Part shown: positions 38,564-52,560 of the stretch, in pieces | How the letters are laid out: each line of letters starts with the position of its first letter | Position numbering within the stretch: the first letter of the stretch is position 1 | Assembly: GCA_051362555.1 (NCBI GenBank) | Contig: CM120648.1 | Location: 11,094,587-11,158,586 of the forward strand | Source: Lingula anatina | Taxonomy: Eukaryota; Animalia; Brachiopoda | Direction: 5' to 3' | Length of the DNA stretch: 64,000 bases | The notes under the pieces: model-generated | What the model saw: only the letters and a program-made list of their open reading frames with translations | Databases searched by the model: none | What the model was told of the DNA's origin: nothing | Made by a program: the position numbers and the translations under genes

Positions 38564-41011
38564 TTTCGTTAAGCTCTGGATTAGTGTTAGACGAAATAAT
38601 AGAACATTTGCAAGAAATTCATAATTTTAGTTTTTAATATATTGAAACACTTTGTAATTAACGATAAGTGAAATATCTGCCAATCTCAATCTCCGTTGGT
38701 ACCATGATGGTTTCTTTTTGTGACGCCATTTTAAATCAAATCATCGTTTATCGTTTGACGAAATATTGGGTTATTCACAAGCTCGGTTTCTGAGTGTGCG
38801 TAATATATTTAGACAATTGGTAACGAATCCATGAATGACGGTGAGTGATATACATGTGTACCAATATCTGTCGATCTTTATCAGTTCCTTGAATTTAAGA
38901 TCAACTTATCGTGAAATAGTTTTGCGTAAAAAATTTCTGAGTTATAAGGCAATATTGCATGTTTTATTTTATCGTTTCCCCATGTGTGTCAATGACTTGC
39001 TGCGCTGATCAGTATGACGTCATGATGTTGAAGTGACATCACATTGAAGAACTTGTATCCGTCATGCACACAGCCTCCAAGGAAACTGTCTATTGGCGTG
39101 TGACCTTTGATATAGCTGCTCTGGTTCGCTTATTTGTTTTCTGCTGTCCTGGCTGTCTCGGGATGTTGTTTTCCAATAGGATGACCTTTACTGCAAAAAA
39201 AAAAAAAAAAATTATGCTTAAATTATACTAAAGAACAACTGAGACATCAAACGTTAATCCATTGGAATCATATAGGTATATGGTAAGAGGGCTTCTTATT
39301 TTGAAGCACAGTATAAGGAAAATATTAGAGCAGGGCACATCTCAAACATTTTCATAAAAATGTGTTTGCTGAGGCAAGATTTGATGCTGGACACTAACCA
39401 GATTGTCGATGGGAACAAGGCGTCCACGTGCCACCCCGTAAAAAACAATGAAAACATACATTTTCTTAATCCTTGTTACCATTATTATCTAGGTGTTTCC
39501 AGAGCGAAAAAAAATTATTTAAGCGTTGCATGCAGGTAGCACGCTGTGACATAAATGGGTGCATGTTTAAAAATGGGGGTAGGAAAAAAATCATAATTTG
39601 AAATTTATATAAAAAGTAACAATGATCGATACACCACTGTGTAGCTGAGGCATTACATTACATATATCAGTAATGAAAGTTACGTTAAAATGAATAATGT
39701 CTCAGTGAAATAGGGTCAAAGGTCAATTGAGGTCAAATTTGAGGCATTTTCTGGAAAATAATTAAGTAAAGTTTTTTATCTATTCAGATAATTTGAGCTG
39801 AGAATACGACTATTTAGGGTATGTCTGGTAAAGTCAATATATCTTAAAAGGCTGTTTTAATGGGAATTTGGGAGTGACTTCTTCTGTTGGCCAAATTTAT
39901 AAATGAGACTGGACTTGTACAGCGCTTCAGTTCAATTCCCGAAAAATGAAAAAAAATGATTTATATAATATTATGTTGCTAAAGGGTCGCTTAAAACACA
40001 TTATCAATAAAATGTATATGACAATAATGTGTTTTTTTCGTGGTAGATGTAGAATAAGTTATTTTATAAATAGTGGTTTTATTTTATGTGACACTTTATA
40101 TTATTGATCGTATTTCTCAGTCGCCATCTTCGTTACGAACGCATCAAAGCAGTTATACTATTGACCCTTTGCCCTCATATTATTACATAGCGAGTGAATG
40201 TTGTCAGTCATCAAGAAGAATAAAAATGATAAAAATGAAGCACTCTGAATCATGAGTACGAATATGGATATGGATCACATAGTATTGCATAAGTACATGT
40301 TAACCCTAATGTAAAATACAGACAGCCAACAGACAGGAGAAAAAATTCCAGGCTGCATCGTACTACCTCCTCGTGGCCAATCACCATGGTAACCACAGAT
40401 CACCATGGTAACCACAATGCCTTCCTTCAAAGTTGAATTTCATTATTTTAATAATGTTAAAACATGAACCCTAGAAAGTTACAGCTAGAAAGTAAAGCAG
40501 ACAGGTGAAAGCAACATGTATGACACCTTGGCTATGTACAGTGTAATTAGGTCTTTCATTACACCACTTTTGTTGTCTGACATGTGCATTTAACGAGCTC
40601 CTACTTGATCTTTCTTTTGATTCAAAGGTTCTTGAAATGGCTTTTTGTAAAATATTTTAAATGTAGGCCCTACCTGTGTCCTTCTTAAGCAAATCCTGTT
40701 TGGTTCATAACATTGAATTTCTTTCTCCGTTGCCGTAGCATCAGTTCTAGATAATTACTTTGGGTACCCTTCTCTTCTTAACAAGGTAGCATTTTAAAAC
40801 TTTTCCTGCGGCAGGATGTATCTGTATTCGTAGTGGTGATACGTATAACTTCCAGACTATTTTATACTTCTAATTTGCGTGGGTGGGACTATAAAAATTC
40901 CTTGCTGTTGTATACACTGTAAGTGTCACATGCACATGTAACTTTAATTAGATTTCATTCTAAGTTCTGATATACAAAGTGAGAAACACGTCATTCTGCA
41001 GGTGGTTCTCA

Positions 41012-41257
41012 TTATATCTGCCAAGGAGGTAACGTTTTCACCCCTGTTTGTCGGTCTGTTTGTTTGTTTGTTTGTTTGTCATCAACATAACTCAAAAAGT
41101 TATGGACCGATTTTAATGAAATTTTCAGGAACTGTCAGAAGTGGGCCAAGGAAGTTTTAGTTTTTGGTGGTGATCTGGATCAATATTCAATCAATAATCA
41201 ATAATAATAAAAAATTGCTTCCTTGGCGGAGGTCTGCGCTCTCGGAGTGCTTTTTTT
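41012..41257 (+). mobile_element. Helentron-associated (HINE/DINE-like) non-autonomous element
   Basis: Subterminal inverted repeat CTGCCAAGGA / TCCTTGGCGG, (TTTG)n microsatellite after the 5' repeat, 3' hairpin GCGCTC-TCG-GAGTGC followed by a T run. Confidence 0.7.
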
Positions 41258-44200
41258 AGTTATTGATGTGAACCCCGGTGTTTTCTAGGCCGAGAAGATA
41301 GACAATCCTGTGAAAGCAAGGCTAATGGCTCCTAGACGTAAAGTTATTGTCTGTTTCTCTCTCTTTAGAAGATATTTTTGCAAATCGTTTGCATCTCTCT
41401 CTTTAGAAGATATTTTTGCAAATCATATGTAATGCTGTATGAAAAGCCCTTCAGTAAAACTATTTTAAAATGTCCCTCTGTTCCTACGCTTTTTGTTCAT
41501 AATACTGGAAATTTTTTGTTAGTTTACGATGTTATCACTCAGTGACACGTAGTGGTGCAATGGCCATGATGCTATCTGATAGACAACCCGAGCCTGTTCA
41601 TGGGTGACTAGGGACTACTGATGTAGAGGGTACCGGAGCAAACAGGATTGTGTTGGAAGTGACGTGTAGTAGTGTAAAACGTGAAGCTGAGTGTTGATTT
41701 TTAGCTGGAGGTGAACCGGAGTGAAGACGGTGACTCAGAGAAAAAAGCAGTTTTTCCAACAATGTATTGAGATATCATTTTTTTTCTTTTGGTATTTTGA
41801 GCAGAAAATACTTGTAGAAATAATAGGTACATGGTATGAAAACGTGTTACGATTCTTGAAGGTACAAAATCTTCCTTAATTTGCAGTCCTTTTGTTTTGA
41901 AATATATTCTGCATCGACCGACGTGCTACAAAAAGCGTCATGGGAAAAGAATTCCCGCGCGGCAGTAGGCCTAAATCGTTGCCATGTTGGATTTTTACAT
42001 GTATGTAATCTCATATACCCATATCTAATTATTTTTGGATGTTTTATGGTATGTGCTTCAATTATAACGATAGACCTTGTTAAAACCAGGAAGTAGTTGG
42101 CAACTGAATCGTACCGAACAACGATCGATGTGCAATGATTTAATTACCTTTTTAAAAGATTGTGACGAGTTTTTAGATGATTATATGTCCATATGATTAA
42201 ATATAAATGTTTATTAGTAAAAAATTCAAGAGTTAATGTTATCAAAGTATGCATGCATCTTGACCCATGGTAACAGCGATACTTCAGTGGCCATTGGTAC
42301 AACTATATAAGAACTTTGACAGAGGTCAATGTTATGACCTTGTTTTCAAGATCATGGCATTTTTCGCTCGGGCAAAATGCCATAATGTCTACGTTTGTAT
42401 AACCCAATGTCACAGATACAAGTTTAAAGTATCAATTCATACTAAGTTACATATTGCCGATCATTTGAAACTATTTCTAATATTACCAGATGTCAGGGTC
42501 ATACAAGGTCGTCATAACAACAGGTGATTGTTTAAAGAATATTTCATTACAGAAAAGGCATTGGCATTATTGCATAGTACTCATTTAAATCAATGACATT
42601 CAGTTAACATGGTGTAAATGTATGCTGTACCCATTTTAAAATCACTCTGTATCATATCTACTGATTGTGCTTGTGCTGTGTCACGCGAGAATACGTATTC
42701 ATTATGTACGTATTTATTCTGTACTCACGCCCCCGGAGAGACTTTTAAGCATAACAGTATGTGTTAATACCCCGCAAAGCTGTGTTTTACATTATACAGG
42801 CACTAAAAGTAAAAAAAAAAACATTTCAAGTTCCTGAAGCTTGTGTCAATATTCCACTCTGATTTGTCAGGACTACAGTGTTGAAAACTTCTTATTCAAA
42901 TGCAAGGAGGAGTCAAGCAATACTTTGTGCTTTTTTTCTCAAGAAACATCACATTTCTCCAAAAAAACTTTAGATACATGTTGAAGGCCTTTAAAACTTA
43001 ATAACATGACAAAAACTACTTTCATAATGAGCAAAGACAGCCTGCATTACAATAACCATACGTAAATAAATATATATAAAATATTAGTAAATTAGAAATG
43101 TTCCCCAAAACCACTTACAACATCACTTCAAGAGGACACTTTACATTGGTCACAGAATGGGGTTACAAACCGTCATTAAAAGACAATTATGCGTCGGTGG
43201 TAAGTTCACAAGGAATGAAACAAACCATATCAGGAGTAGCTAAGCAGTTGCTTTGGGGAAACGTAAGCAGGTGGAATGGCAACTTTTTATTGGTATTTTA
43301 CCTCGAAGTTCTTGCTCAGAAGTCAGTTAGCTAGCCCACAGCTACAACTGGTTGTACATCCCTTGTCCTTGGTGCTTGGACCATCAAATACAGGCCTGTA
43401 GCCATGGTAAAAGATCCACTTTTTCTGGACAAGTACCCCCCCCCCCCCCCCCCCCATTTGACACTGCTAGCTTGATAGCTTGAGACACTAACAGTCGACT
43501 GGGTAGCTTATGAAGGAAGCTTGTTTAATTGCTATACTCAGCTGCAGCAAAGTAATGAAGGATGTTGTTGAGAGCCTGTAGGCAGTTTCCTATCCTAACA
43601 GACCTGCTAAATACTTCCAGGTTGACTCGGTGCTGGTTCTCCTATCTGACAGGAGCTGGCATGATATGGAAAAATATAACTATTTTCAACACTGATTAGC
43701 ACACCACGAGGCAGCAGCTTCAAGGTTTGTCGACCAAAACATATAAAACTTTTTAAAAGGGTGTTGACTTGTGCTGAACAAGTTATCCCTGGCAAATGAC
43801 CGGCTGCTTATTTCAGAATCCGACTGCAGGACCAAGAATTCGATGTCGGATAATTTTCTTTATTAATATTGGTACTACTAAACAACTGCAAAGCTTTACT
43901 GTATTACTGAAATAGGTGAATCCAATCTGACAGGAGCTGGCGTGATATGAAATCATATAACTACTTTTGATACTGATTAGCACACCACGAGGCAGCAGTG
44001 TTACAACCCACTTTGAAAAAATTACGCAATATTTTTTCAAATCGCGTTGACTTCCTTGTTGTGAATGGGACTATCAAATTTTGTGGTACACTGGGATGTG
44101 GTTTTAGTTCTTTCTAGTTCATTATCTGAAAATGTCACAAATTTGATCTCAGGTGACGTTTGACACCCTAATTTAATGGCTATATTATTCAATAACAAAA

Positions 44201-47200
44201 ATGTTTTCACTTTACCTATTACAGCAATCCCTTAAGAACCCCCCCCCCCCACCCCCACTTTTTTTGCTGGGAAAAGGTCCACTCTGGGTTAATTTGATCT
44301 AGGTAACCCAAGGTTTCATGACAAAGGTCCACATTTTCAACCCCCCCCCCCCCATCCGCCTTTTGTAATTGCCTTTCTTAAATCCTATCCTTCAGCTGCA
44401 TTATGACAATTATTTATTAATTATTGCTTAATCTTATTTCATTATCCCATTTTAGGAGCGGCCATTTAAGCAACAGGGTGTAATTAAATGTATAACAGCC
44501 AATCCCATACACATATACATACTGAAGTCTACTGATTAGAAGGTGCTACTTGTATCACACAAAAACTGATTCCTGGCTAAATGAGCTTACACATGATTAT
44601 CACCCAGTTCGTACCGACGGACCAAAATTTAGGGGTCTACCTGATGGACTATACCTCTTAAACTCCAAAGTTCCACGTATCTAACTCTAATGGACTAAGA
44701 TGAGACGGACAGACGGACAGACAGACAGACGCACAGACGGGCGGGATAACAACACGGTCCCCAGGTCACGTTTTATACTAGTAAAAGTGCGGGAATAAAA
44801 ATGATATCTCGTTAACAAGGGTATTAGTGGTCGAAAACGCACGAAATATGTGTCGAGACGTGCCTCTGGTAAGGGGTGTGTCTTATCTAAAACCAAATTG
44901 GACATCTAAAGCGAGTAATTTAGACTGAAATGGTGACCTACGCCATCTTTGTAAGGTGAATACTATGGCGACAGCACTCTCATTCACTCACCTGTCTTTC
45001 CTGCTAATCAAGATTTTTATGTCACGTTCGACGCCAGGATAAATGGCTTATCCTTCCTGGAGCTTGTTCGTCAACCCCACAGTTATAAACTACCCTCGGC
45101 CACGAATCTGTCAGTATAAATTTAACTGCATGTAGAGACAGGTATCGATATAAAAATGTCGTTAATGTAAGCCCACTTAAGCTGCCACCGGCTCCGTACT
45201 CCGTAAGCCACTCAAAAGAAACAACATGGATCCTTAGTTCTTTCGCGCCTATTGTTAACCTTTTATTCAATTTTTAATGTTATATGGGTATGTGTATTTG
45301 TAACGAAACATGGACATCCTCACCGCTATTATGTATTTTTTTAACAATTAATCATGTTAAATATGGTATCTTGAATAAAAACAACTGTCTATAACTATTT
45401 ACCCCTGTGAGGTGGTCTTATGTAAATAAAAGCACATTGAATTCGAGGTGGAACAACTTTTTGACGAATGTGTATTGTGTCACTTAAGATCAGCACACAA
45501 ATCGATCGCGCTGCTTTGAGGTAGTTAAACGCGTACAGTGTATTGAACGACAATGAGCTATACCTGAGATATGAATGCACTCGAGGCTAACGTATAAAAA
45601 TTGCTTGAGGCGTCATCTATGTAGTATAGGCATAAAACAAAAAAGGCATTAAACTCAGAATGCAGAGAGGTTATTCTTTCTATATGACCGCAATATCCTT
45701 TAGTCAGGTAGCAGGCCATACGAGGTGGTGCGCGTTCGATATATTGATACAATATTAATTCCGCTGTATATAGTAGGCTATAGATGATGAAGCCTGAGCT
45801 AGGGCGTGTTCTAAACTCAACCTTAAGTACCACTGCCTTAAGTCATGCTGCCTGTTGGCAGAACATGTTCTTTCTGCCGAAACCTAACAGCGCATCGCAT
45901 GTATGCGATGTTGAATCTGCATTGAGGCAGACTCTGAGATTGCCGCCAGGTACGGGCGTGAAAGTATATCCCTGTGAAATTATATGTAAATGGTCATTAT
46001 CTTGGTATCGAATGCTAATCATAACAAGCTAGAAAAATTTCCTCACCGTACTCTAGGTATGACCAAGTCGACCTTCGGTTCACGTATAGGACTAATGGGG
46101 AAAACTACCCAGCCTGTGTCAAATAGTTATGACTTTAACTTACGTGTAGTAATATTGTATCGTTCGATAAGCAGTATATTTTAAGGGCTGTCGTAATTTC
46201 TTTTTCTTTTTTGGTGTATTTTGGACACTCAAAAATACATACAAATATATTTTCCTAGCACCATACACATATTTTGTACACACACACACACACGCGCGCA
46301 CACAAACACACACACTTGTATTCGATGTAGCGTGACAATAGCCTACAGAACCCGTTATTACGTTTATAAGGAGATAACAGTAAAAAAAAAAAATACCCAA
46401 TCACAGTCGAAATCACTGTTATCTGTAAAACCACATGTGATGAAAAAGCTGTCATAATTGCCCCACACAAAGTTTATGAAAAGACATGAAAAGCTGCCAT
46501 GCGTGCAGCCGCGCTGTAAAGAATATTAATATTTACTTAAACACGAGGTAAGCAGTGCCCTACATTTAAACGAAAACCACAGCGCAGTCAAAGTCGCGAG
46601 TAAGTAAACAGATCAATACACCTATTGTCCAATAACTAGGTCATGGAATCGAACTTTCAGGTCATTGAACACAATGCACGGCGGGCAACAACTAGGCTTC
46701 TGCGCCTCATAACCTAAGGTCAGGCGAGTTTATTCGTATGTGTTTCTGGGCTGATGTCTGGCGCAATGAACAAATTATTAAGTGAAATAAGACAAATACT
46801 TAGTGATTATTGTAATAGGATTATGCATGTAATATAAACCAATAAATGCATGAAACGGATGTTTGATACTTTTCCATTAATATGCTTGACGGATGACCTC
46901 TTGGCATTTTCCAGACAAAACAACTGATTATCAATGAATATGTGAATAATATAATATCAGTACTATATCAGGTTAATGTGGACAAATACTCGCATCAAGC
47001 AAAAGATATTTAAATAAACATGACTATATAAAATGATTGAGGTAGACTTGGTTAAACAGATACAGATTTAGCCGCGACTAGGAAAAACGCAAATTGAAAA
47101 GGTTTTAATTTTATTATTCATACATGTACAAATCTAAGTAAACACTTGGTGCTGTCGCAATGGATGTCACTATGGACGCAATGATTTTAAGGAACAAGAA

Positions 47201-48853
47201 AACATTATTTCAATTGGGTAATTTCAATGGCTATATTATAAAAAAGGTAGAAAACCCGAAAATGTAGCATGAATCTTAATTAATTTAAATTTAATTAAAA
47301 TGTGTACAACCCACGCACAGATTAGCCAGAAGTGTGCCATGTATTATCAACAATAATGCTGCAGGTCCCACGTGCTCTAGGCGTTACGAGTGAAGTAATA
47401 CATGCACCAGTGATTGATTTGACGCTGTAATCTCCCTCTCTCTCTCTCTCTTCCTCTCTCTCTCTCTCTTTCGCGCACGCGCGCTCTCGCGCGTGAAGGC
47501 AATCTTTTCGATCCGTAGACAGGTTTTCTGTATTTATTTATTTATTTATTTATTTTACTAACATTTTAGCTGCACATAACAAATATTTTGCTCTTATTAA
47601 ATTACTGCTAAATTGTAATTTAAACTAATACTTTTTTCTATAAAAATCTCCCAATTTGGCCGGTTTTTATAATACAGACGCTATCACAATACAGAATCGT
47701 GTCATGAATTAGTCAGAGATGTATATGAAGCTGTGACTATATATATCTAATAAAAACCAATATGTGAGAGTAACACTAGGGCTTATAAATATTTTTAATG
47801 AAGACTTAAGGGAGTTCTATATGTTGGCAAAAAAAGTTTTTTTCTAGTTTCTTTCCTTCTATGGGAAACACTTGTATAAATTTTAGTGCAATAAAATAAA
47901 CTTTTAGAGCCCATATAGTACTAATACTTTCTTTTTTTTGTAGCTTTCTTCACCAAGCCAAATATGAGGTGGCGAAGCGTTCATTGACAATTGTGGTGCT
48001 TTGTAAATCAAAGTAGTGTCAGATAATGATCAGTTTCAACTTAACTTTATAACTAAGACAGGTAAGTATATAGCGTGAAATTTGGCATGGTTGACTACCG
48101 TACTAGAGTGTAAACTTCAACCGGCTGCCGCCGTTTGGTACAGCATGTATAGCATTATTCTGTTTAAGAGACTTGAGCTCCTATTTACGAAGTTTTGTTA
48201 AACAAATGCATTATTTCGCCTGTTTACTGATGAAATCCAAAGTAAGCCTAAAAAACAAAAAAACAAAAAAAAACTGAAACCGGATTGTAATATCGTTGAT
48301 TGGATGACTTAGGCGTTTTTTTTTTAAACGGTAAAAAGCTTTAAAGGCGAAGAAGATTTGTTTGAAATCAATTTTACACTTTTCACCCCGAAACCGCTGC
48401 TGTAACATCTATAGTTCGAATAAGGAAATTCACCCTGTTGTATCTTTTGTGCGACAGCATTATCTTATAAAATGACAATGGTTATTTCCGTGTTGTCCGA
48501 GCGGATAAGGAAAAATCCTAAGGCACCAAACCTCCTTATCGCACAAGCGCGTGTGTGCACGCACACACGCACACACACATCTGCAAACACACACACACAT
48601 TGTATCGCAAAAACAAACTTCCCAATTCTTTGCCATATCTTTTTATTCATTTAGCTATTATCAAGTATCATTCAATTTTTTGTTATACATTTCTTAAGTT
48701 GATTATGTGCTGAGATGAATTTAATTTATCCGTACAAAAAGGCGCAGGGAACACCGTTTCATGTGATTGCTTCAGTAATCATTATTTATTTTGAACAGGT
48801 AAAGGCTTGCTGGTCCAGTTGTCTGTAAGATGGCGTTAGCGGATAAATAATCA

Positions 48854-49807
48854 TCATTTTACGTCGTGTAGCGTCCGTAACCACGATTTTAGTCTCTGTT
48901 TGTCCGTTATCAGCTGCTCATTTAACTTATCTACTATCCATGATCTGACTTTATATCTTGTGCCCAACGACATTGTATGTAGAACCGAAACGTTGCTCAT
49001 CTTTTTAGACCTGTCTGGTTTGTAGACATCTGTAATCCAGTTATCTGCGAACCAATCCGTAAAAACAGGCGGATAATAAAACCCAAATATATCTATATGT
49101 GTCCTGTGCACGAAATCGTAGTTTAAAATGTGTGTATTTCCACCTCGATGATTTGGCCCGACTACGCCAACATTTGGTGGTGTAAATTCTGAAAGTGTGG
49201 AGATAAATGTTTCGGTCCATGATTTCGTCAACATTTCTGTGTCGTCATTGATCCTGTAGTAGTAATCCATTGAGTCGTTGTACGCAGCCATCATAGCGTC
49301 ATTTTGTGCGCGCGCAGGCGCACCGGCGTACAGACAACGTACAAAATGTAGGTGAACAAGTAGCGAGAGGGAGCAATATCTCCGAACAGTATTAAAGAAC
49401 ATGTTTCTGAACCCGTCTGAATAACGTACTTTGAAGTATCTATCCGTAGAATCATAACTGAGGTAGAAGTGATAGGCATAGCCGGGACTTGCCGTCTGGC
49501 AGAAACTTGGCAACAACGTTGTAAAAATAGGTAGTTTTCTCAACACTTCAGATGGTCGGATTTCTCTCGTGGTTATTGCACATCCCAAGCCAATCCTTAC
49601 TTGGGTTTTTCTGGGGGCGATATCCTCTCCTCCAGTGGAATTCATGTCAAAATTGTTTTCATTTTGTACCGGTACAAAAACTTCAGACACGGAACTCTTA
49701 TAAATTTTGGCAATGTCCCCTTGGAACGTAATGGTGTAGGCTGATACTATGACAACAAAACATATCAATATGGATACATACACTTTTGCACTCTCTAAGG
49801 TTGCCAT
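48854..49807 (-). CDS. Glycosyltransferase-like protein, copy 4 (subtype B)
   Basis: ATG at 49807 (MATLESAK aligns with MASLKEG). TM anchor. ARAQNDAMMAAY, YYYRINDDT, WFADNW, VLHT. Confidence 0.87.
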   Translation of the reverse strand: MATLESAKVYVSILICFVVIVSAYTITFQGDIAKIYKSSVSEVFVPVQNENNFDMNSTGGEDIAPRKTQVRIGLGCAITTREIRPSEVLRKLPIFTTLLPSFCQTASPGYAYHFYLSYDSTDRYFKVRYSDGFRNMFFNTVRRYCSLSLLVHLHFVRCLYAGAPARAQNDAMMAAYNDSMDYYYRINDDTEMLTKSWTETFISTLSEFTPPNVGVVGPNHRGGNTHILNYDFVHRTHIDIFGFYYPPVFTDWFADNWITDVYKPDRSKKMSNVSVLHTMSLGTRYKVRSWIVDKLNEQLITDKQRLKSWLRTLHDVK

Positions 49808-50444
49808 ATTCGTTTTATTTATTTTTTTTTTAATTTTTAGACTTTGCAATGCAACATAATGTGCAATGTGTGTTTACATAGAGATCTCACATCATATTCA
49901 AAAAGTCGTTAAACTGCAAAAGGTCAAATATTGTCTAAGTCGATATCAGGTGGCAAGAATCCAAAAGAAGAACCTGCAAGTGGATTGATCTTTGTTGGAA
50001 CCTGTTAAATATAGAAGTAATTTATGTCAGTCAACGCATTAATCAGAATGATGACATTAAATTAGGCCCTTTTCACGTGTAACGGTATACTTAAGAGGTA
50101 CAGTTTTTAACGGTGTCACGAAACTGAGGGTCCGTGTAACAGAAAACTATCTCTCCACTTAGTTATCTTTATGTTAGGGTTTACCTCACCTAAATGGGCC
50201 AAATTCGGTGGCGACTGTGTCGCTAATTGATTCCGCTTGATGTGAAGAGGGCCCGGAGAGACTGGTTTTCTTGGATATGATGGGTTGAAAAGGACATAAG
50301 GTACATTTAACTTGTTTGCGTGTAAATTTGATATAGACTGCATGCTTGTTTTTGAAAACCGTCGGTTTAAACATAAATGTACGCCACTAAGTATGCATAG
50401 AATACGCATAAATAAACAATGTAGTTGCAATATATATGTAGATG

Positions 50445-50695
50445 CAGTGGCGGATTAGGGGTGTCAGGGGGATCCTGACTCCTCTTTCGATTTCTGAAAA
50501 AAAAAATCACACCAATGGTCCCTTTTTGAAATTAGAATTTTTACTAGCTAAATCATAGTTCCATATGGAACCGTTCGCCCTCTAAAATACCAACATTTTC
50601 GGAGCCCTACACTGGGCCCCGAACCCCATGTCAAGGGGAGATTCGCATTCGCATCCGTGGACTCCCCCTTTTAAATGATTCTGAATCCGCCCCTG
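50445..50695. mobile_element. hAT-like MITE
   Basis: TIR CAG(T/G)GGCGGATT at both ends. No clean 8-bp TSD. A similar left end occurs at about 58237. Confidence 0.55.
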
Positions 50696-51758
50696 TAGAA
50701 AGAAAAACGGACGCCAAACCAGCAATTTGCTCACGAACTGCAACTGACAGGGGGGAATCTACCTCACGTCTGGCGGACGATTTGCAGACGTCCGTCTTGT
50801 TATACTCACTTGTCTGCCATACTGAACAGATTTCCATAGAATATCAGCCACCGGATTGGGCACCGGATTATGTTTCACTTGGTATTTTCAGTACTCGAAA
50901 GCAGGCCTTTCCTGGGCAACCTCATTCTGGACAGTGTCTGCCTGGTAGATCCGAACATCTGGCCCGGCTGAGGCGTGGAAGTAACCGAAATGACTTCAAA
51001 ACCACTCTTGATGAAGAACTTACTCAGCCAGGAAACCCTTAGCTAATATTGACTCGCCCGTGGTTTCGATTTTGCTTTAGATTCGGTTTTCTTCACGTGT
51101 TTACATTTAACCTTGTGTACATGTAGATGTGTAGTTCACAGTCTTCAGTATCGACCATGGGGGAATTAATCGATGCCCCCGCTCAAAAGGCGGCCTTAAT
51201 ACGTATAGTCTAGTACAATGTATGATGGCATTGTGTCTTTGTACTTATTTAATCCAAGGACGCAACTTCTGTAATAGCCTAGTCAATTCTTTCTATCAAA
51301 TAAGACGTTCTCAGTGTGGTTTCAAACAGTTTTCATTGAGTGAATAAGCAGATGTCAATTTACCTAATGCAACAATGGGCAATCTATTAGCCAAACACCT
51401 AATGAATAGATGATAGAGTGGATATATACCGAATGAATGAAACATAGAAGTTGTTATTGATTTTCTTTTTGCTCTTAGTTTAGATGATATTTTTCATTTA
51501 GATTAAATTCTTATGATTCTGATTTTTCTCCTTGTATTGTTACGCAGTGCTACTCTGTAACACCCAAATTAGTACCAGATGTTGCCATAAATGTCCACAG
51601 AAATGTTCACATGTATTATTTATTTTTCTTTCATTATTTTATATTCCTTTATTCCTTTTTTTCACTTACTGTTATCGCTTTTCCGGCTTTTATAAAGCGC
51701 GTGGTCCGCTTCCCATGCACGGGGTATCATGCCAATTGCGTCACAGTCTCAGTTTTCC

Positions 51759-51811
<53 letters not shown>
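51759..51811. repeat. (TTA)n microsatellite
   Basis: Direct read. It produces the poly-L and poly-Y ORFs. Confidence 0.95.
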
Positions 51812-51812
<1 letters not shown>

Positions 51813-52086
51813 TTTAAACTTTTCACTATAAGAATCTAATCTGTCCAGAAAAATCTCTCTCTCTTGCATATGCATTTTCATATAAATTCATTTTCATGTT
51901 GCAAAAGTTAATTGGTCCGATATAACCGGAGCTGCGCAGGCAGCCTGTTGGTAAATGTCGTGAAATTTTGACAACCAGCACTCTACCGTGTGCTGTTTAA
52001 GGAACGCACGCCCATTCAACAGACATATTTTTTATTCTAACAATAGAGATTTCTAAAATCATTTCTTACGAAAACAGTCGATATTA

Positions 52087-52325
52087 CACACGCTGGAAAA
52101 TAGAAGTGTCACAACTACTGAACCAATACTTTGGGGGAGATAAATGACTGTGGAATGATATGCTCCTGGTATCATTTTATTAACATCAAATTTCACAAAA
52201 GAAATGGTTCTGACTGAACAATTCAACTGTATCGATATTCTGACATTGCTTATATTCCGCCTCTTTAGGTTAATAATTTTGATTACTGTGATTCAGGGTG
52301 TGACACTTCTATTGTCCAGTGTGTG
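52087..52325. mobile_element. Tc1/mariner-type MITE
   Basis: 27-bp TIR CACAC(G/A)CTGGA(A/C)AATAGAAGTGTCACA flanked by TA. Confidence 0.75.
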
Positions 52326-52345
52326 TATATGTGTGGTATCACTAT

Positions 52346-52560
52346 GAGCGCATTCCCAGAGATTAAGATCGATCCAACAAGATCGTCCTATCTCCCTGGG
52401 AGTTCACGCTAAATTGCTGTCAGCAGACCGCGCACGGAAGTTAACTACACCCTTTCAGCTTTTAGTCGGTGGGACGGACATTTAAGCCGGCTAAGCTGAC
52501 AGTAATCTAGTGAGACTCCCCACGGGAATAGATCGATCTAAAATCTGTGGGAATGGGGTC
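52346..52560. mobile_element. Harbinger/Tourist-like MITE family 1, copy c (opposite orientation)
   Basis: GAGCGCATTCCCAGAGA ... CTGTGGGAATGGGGTC|TAA. Internal aatctagtgagactcccc. Confidence 0.75.

Noticed and set aside
43640-44000. About 73-bp direct repeat giving two similar ORFs (LLPRGVLIS...YHASSCQIG)
   Set aside because: Local duplication inside a probable degraded DNA transposon, with no splice or domain support for exons.
51532-51831. Poly-Leu and poly-Tyr ORFs, and CV/TH/ER-repeat ORFs elsewhere
   Set aside because: Translations of microsatellites.
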